From Octopus sinensis (Eukaryota), in NCBI RefSeq assembly GCF_006345805.1, contig NC_043003.1:37696001-37760000 (forward strand): a DNA stretch of 64,000 nucleotides. The letters are read 5' to 3'. Numbering within the stretch: the stretch's first letter is position 1; every line of letters begins with the position of its first letter. Positions 59,770 to 64,000 of the stretch are shown piece by piece. The translations under genes were made by a program, and so were the position numbers. Below the pieces are notes generated by a model. It was not told where the DNA came from and did not search any database. It saw only the letters and a list, made by a program, of their open reading frames with translations.

Positions 59770-59810
59770 GTCACTGAAGAGGTCACAGGGTGTGACAAAA
59801 GATTTTGGAC
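59770..59810 (+). ncRNA. Decayed minimal hammerhead motif
   Basis: GUCA-CUGAAGA-G-GUCAC[AGGGU]GUGAC-AAAA-GAUU-U-U-GGAC; needs about three back-mutations. Confidence 0.35.
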
Positions 59811-60104
59811 AAAGGACACTAAAACAAGGACAATAATAAAGCTAATTTGAAGAATGAATATATAATGTGTGTTTATTTGGATAAAACACACACACACACA
59901 CATACACATATTGTTCTCATCTGGTTGTTAACCTAGTGCAATGACCTAGTAAAGGTTATGTATCTGTTGTTTCTATTTGTGACAGCATCCTTTGCCAGCT
60001 GTTACATTTGAATATTTTAATTCTGTATCTTAAACAAGGAACATGATAAAAAAAAAAAACAGGATGGGTAAGAAGGGGGCCAGAAAAATCCTTTAATGAA
60101 AAAC

Positions 60105-60487
60105 AGGTAAGAAGCTTACTTCCCAATCACATGGTTTGGGGTTCAGTTCCATTGTGTGACACCTTGAGCAAGTGTCTTCTATGATAAACCCCAGGCCAAT
60201 CAAAGCTTTTGTGAATGGATTTGGTAGGCAGAAACTGAAAGAAGCCCATCATATATGTGTGCGTGCATGCATGCATGCGTGTGTATGTGTGTGTTCTTCC
60301 ACCACTGCTTGATAACAGATGCTGGTGTGTTTATGTCCCTGTAACTTTGTGGTTCAGCAAAAGAGACTGATAGAAATACTGGCTTTTAAAAAATAAGTAA
60401 TGGGTCGATTTATTTTACAAAAAATTCCTCAAGGCAGTACCCCAGCATGGCCACAGTCTAATGACTGAAACTTGTAAAAGATAAAGA
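60105..60487 (+). mobile_element. SINE family A
   Basis: Full-length match. Confidence 0.85.
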
Positions 60488-60799
60488 CGTAAAACCTTTT
60501 TTACATGAAGTCCAGCACACCTGTTATCATAAATTACAGGTTACTTGTCAGATTAGATTGCTGTCTGATATTTTCCCCTTGCATGCACTGACAAACACAC
60601 CTCAGGTAATTATTTATACATCACTAGTCACAATGGCAACCTAATTTTTTTTTTAATTCAAATTTTATTTTATTTATTTTTACTGCCATTTCTATTCATA
60701 GACCTGGAACATCTCAATTCAATAACATTCAGTATGAATAATTAGCAGAGTTACATTTCCATAACATTTACTTTGCTTCTTTACATTATTTCATAAGTA

Positions 60800-61100
60800 G
60801 TGAAGGCATGTGGCTAAGTGGTTAAGGCATTCGGCTCACGATTGTAAGGTCGTGAGTTCAATTCCCGGTGACGTGTTGTGTCCTTGAGCAAGACACTTTA
60901 TTTCGCGTTGCTCCAGTCCACTCAGCTGGCAAAAACGAGTTGTACTTGTATTTCAAAGGGTTGGTTGAATCTCTGAGAAGTATGTTAGGGGTACACGTGT
61001 CTGTGGGTTGCTCAGTCACTTGCACGTTAATTACACAAGCAAGCTGTTCCATTGATTGGATCAGCTGGGACCCTCGTCGTCATAACCGACGGAGTGCTCT
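60800..61100 (+). mobile_element. tRNA-derived SINE, D-type head with different 3' half
   Basis: gaaggcatgtggctaagtggttaagg...gagttcaattccc, gtgtccttgagcaagacactt, unique tail. Confidence 0.8.
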
Positions 61101-61304
61101 TTATTTCATAAGAAAAAATACCTAACAGGTTGGAATATCTTTGATCAAATATCTACTGGATCAAGGCTGGTCTAGAGCAACATTAATAACAATAATTCAC
61201 TTTCAATTCTAAGTTAAAAAGACTATTACATTTACATGTCTTCTCTTCAGCCAGTAGTTTCCAAAATTTATTTATCTCCCTTTATTACTTGTAATACATT
61301 TTAA

Positions 61305-61526
61305 CCCTTTAACATTTAAACCAGCCATATCTGGCCCAAATATTTTACCAGTTTTCAGTTCAAACTGGCTAGATCCAGCCTCTCACACTCACCCTAAAAT
61401 GTCATTTCTAAATATAATCAATCACATCATCAAAATCTTGAAGTGGCAAGATAATGCATAATTAATAGGAAACAATGTGATTGTATAAGTATTTAATTTG
61501 ATAGTGCAATCTGAATGCTAAAGACT
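61305..61526 (-). mobile_element. piggyBac-type MITE family F, reverse
   Basis: TTAA flanks at 61301-04 and 61527-30; reverse match to 49218-49436. Confidence 0.7.
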
Positions 61527-61715
61527 TAAACCACATATTTTTCTATATCAGTAGAGGCTAAATTTGTCTTAACATACAATTGCTAGAGGATGCTTGCAAA
61601 GGATGATGCTCAAAGAAGCAGAAAAATGTATTTAATAATTCCACCACTACTGCTGGACACTTTTTACCTGCTACTCACATATTTATGTGATTTTTAACAC
61701 TATAACATCTATACA

Positions 61716-62032
61716 TGAAGGCACATGGCTCAGTGGTTAGAGTGTCGGGCTCACAATAATGAGGAAGTGAGTTTAATTCCTGGAGTAAGACACCTTATTC
61801 CATGTTGCTCCAATTCTCTCAGCTGTAGAAATGAGTTGCGATGTCACTGGTGCCAAACTGTATCAGCCTTTGCCTTTCCCTTGGAAAACATCGGTGGTGT
61901 GGAGAGGTGTAGGCTGGTATGCATGGGCAACTGCTGGTCTTCCATAAACAACCTGGCCGGACTTGTGCCTTGGAAGGTAACTTTCTAGGTGCAATCCCAT
62001 GGTCATTCATGACCAAAGGAAGTCTTTACCAT
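61716..62032 (+). mobile_element. SINE family D
   Basis: gaaggcacatggctcagtggttagagtgtcgggctcac...gtctttacc. Confidence 0.85.
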
Positions 62033-62403
62033 TTACATCTATATGAGATACTTTCTTGTGATGAATACTGCAGTTCCTTGGCTTTCAACAGTATATCTCT
62101 GTTAAGTATGATATACAGAATGCTACATGAATATATTTTGGTATAATTTATGCCTAAAAAAGTAAAAAAAATTTAAACAATGTATCTATATATTCTAGTT
62201 ATAAATATTAATATTTATTTAAATTATAGAAAATTATTAAGTAGTTACCACTTTACTATTCAATCGCAGGTTACTAAATTACATAATATAAATATATTTC
62301 AATACAATTATTATCTATCTTTAAATAATTTATGACTGAAAATTACAACAGAGCCAGCAATCGACAACCTCATTATACTGGCTATAGATATTGATTATTT
62401 AAA

Positions 62404-62907
62404 TAGTGCTTCTCAACTGGGGTCCATATAAGATTTTCTGGGGTCCACATAATCAAATTAGTAAATTGAGGATCTACAATAGTATTTTAGGGGTCCATGA
62501 AAAAATTTTACAAGAAACAGCCAGGTTTCTTTCCCTAACATTATACATAGTTCAAACTACACAAGGGAATGTGTGAAAAAACAAAATAGGAATTTTGAAA
62601 CAAGTACTGCATCCTTCAAAACTTCCATGCTTCCTGATATTCGCCAACACTACACTTGATTTTCTCCCCTCCATACACACACAAGCATGTTCACTTTCCA
62701 GACATTTCTACATTACTGCATGTACTTTATATGCACTTTCTGACAAGTTGTGGTGCACCTGAGCACTGTATACAATAATTTCATTATATATAAGTATCTA
62801 TAAAACAAAGTTTTAAACATTGAATGGCTTTGTGGGGTCCACCAGAGCAGAATAGTAATCAAAGGGATCTATAGATAAAAAAAAAAAAAAAACGGTTGAG
62901 AACTACT
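62404..62907 (-). mobile_element. hAT-type MITE family H with nested CR1-like 3' fragment
   Basis: tagtgcttctcaac ... gttgagaactact; insert 62600-62790. Confidence 0.6.
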
Positions 62908-62994
62908 TATTTAAACTATCTTATATGGTATGAGGTACAGTGTGTGACCATACAGATTGAATTTCAAATTTGGAAACATATTTGGAAATCTTTC

Positions 62995-63290
62995 CCAGAA
63001 TGAAAGGACTGATAAACTTTGGGCTGACCAATGCTTTGTGAGGGAATTTATTTGATGGAAATTTTGTGTGTATGTGTGTATTTGGCTTTGTGTTTGCCCC
63101 CAGTCACTGGACAATCAGACAATCGGTGTTGGTTTGTTTACCTGTAACTTAGCAGTTCAGCAGAAAGAGAAGAACGAAGTAGTACAAGACCTGAAATAAG
63201 TATTAAGTTCAATTTGTTCAATTAAAACCTTTAAAGATGGTGCTCCAGCATAGACACAGTCCAACGATTAAAACATGTAAAAGAAGATAT
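62995..63290 (+). mobile_element. SINE family A, partial
   Basis: gaccaatgctttgtgaggg...gctccagcatagacacagtc. Confidence 0.7.
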
Positions 63291-63640
63291 CTTTTATCTT
63301 TTATTTGTTTCAGTCATTAAACTGTGGCCATGCTGGGGCACCACCTTGAAGAATTTTTAGTTGAATGAATTTGACACCAGTGCCTATTTTTAATTAAGCC
63401 TGGTGCTTATTCTATTGGCCTCTTTTTGCCAAACCACTAAGTTATGGGGGATATAAACACACCAACACTGGTTGTCAAGTGGTGGTGGTGGGACACACAC
63501 ACAAGAGGTTTCTTTCAATTTCCATCTAGCAAATTCACTCACAAGGTTTTGATCAGCCTGAGCCTATAGTAGAAAACACTTTCCCATTGTGCCACACAGT
63601 GAGGCTGAACCTGGAATCATATGGTTGGAAAGCAGATCAG
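63291..63640 (-). mobile_element. SINE family A, tail-to-tail with previous copy
   Basis: cttttatttgtttcagtc...gaggctgaacctgg. Confidence 0.8.
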
Positions 63641-63769
63641 CCTTCACACAAACAGTTAAGATTTAAAAAAAAAATATTGTGCATGCATCTGTTAACAGTT
63701 AATATTTAAAAAGATCTCAAATCTGTAAGTCCATTACACTGACTTCAGTACTTGATTAACACTTCCTTT

Positions 63770-63870
63770 TAACAACTTTGTAAGGACAAAAGGCAAAGTT
63801 GAATTTGGACCCAGAACATAAAACGTCAGAACAAATACTGCAAGGTATTTTGTCTGACACTTTAATGATC
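63770..63870 (-). mobile_element. SINE family C fragment
   Basis: aaaggcaaagttgaatttggacccagaac. Confidence 0.5.
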
Positions 63871-64000
63871 TGAACAATTCACCATCCTTTTACATACACA
63901 CACACACATAAACAGTCACAAAAGTTATAAAATAACCATTAATGATTTGATTTGCCTTTCATCACTCCAGGGCTGCTAAGACAAAGTACTAATCAATTAC

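Noticed and set aside
61716-61795. tRNA genes at SINE heads (also 24978, 49140-49210, 60800, 9465-9515)
   Set aside because: A/B boxes are present but acceptor stems are broken and each continues into a repeat body; these are tRNA-derived heads, not tRNA genes.

Overview
AT-rich, microsatellite-dense animal genomic DNA, most likely an octopus or other coleoid cephalopod. The species is inferred from the SINE/RTE families and repeat texture, not proven. One host gene is clear: a 2.45-kb terminal coding exon (minus strand, 6787-9236) of a GAREM/CABIT-like adaptor with a C-terminal SAM domain. Its upstream exons were not identified with confidence; a weak candidate first exon lies at 28160-28286. 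The rest is mostly transposon-derived: several tRNA-derived SINE families, RTE and CR1-like LINE 3' ends, decayed Tc1 and mariner elements, piggyBac- and hAT-type MITEs, a non-autonomous Helitron, and a young Penelope-like element (GIY-YIG ORF between 645-bp inverted pLTRs). The most notable signal is a set of about eight minimal type-I hammerhead ribozyme (HHR) motifs, plus a variant pair in the pLTRs. They lie in unrelated non-coding elements, several of which are long fold-back palindromes with the same 'inverted arm + longer tailed arm' layout as the Penelope-like element. One fuses a tRNA-like Pol III head to an HHR tail, a candidate SINE mobilised by Penelope-like elements. All motifs were found and folded by eye, and many repeat boundaries are approximate.
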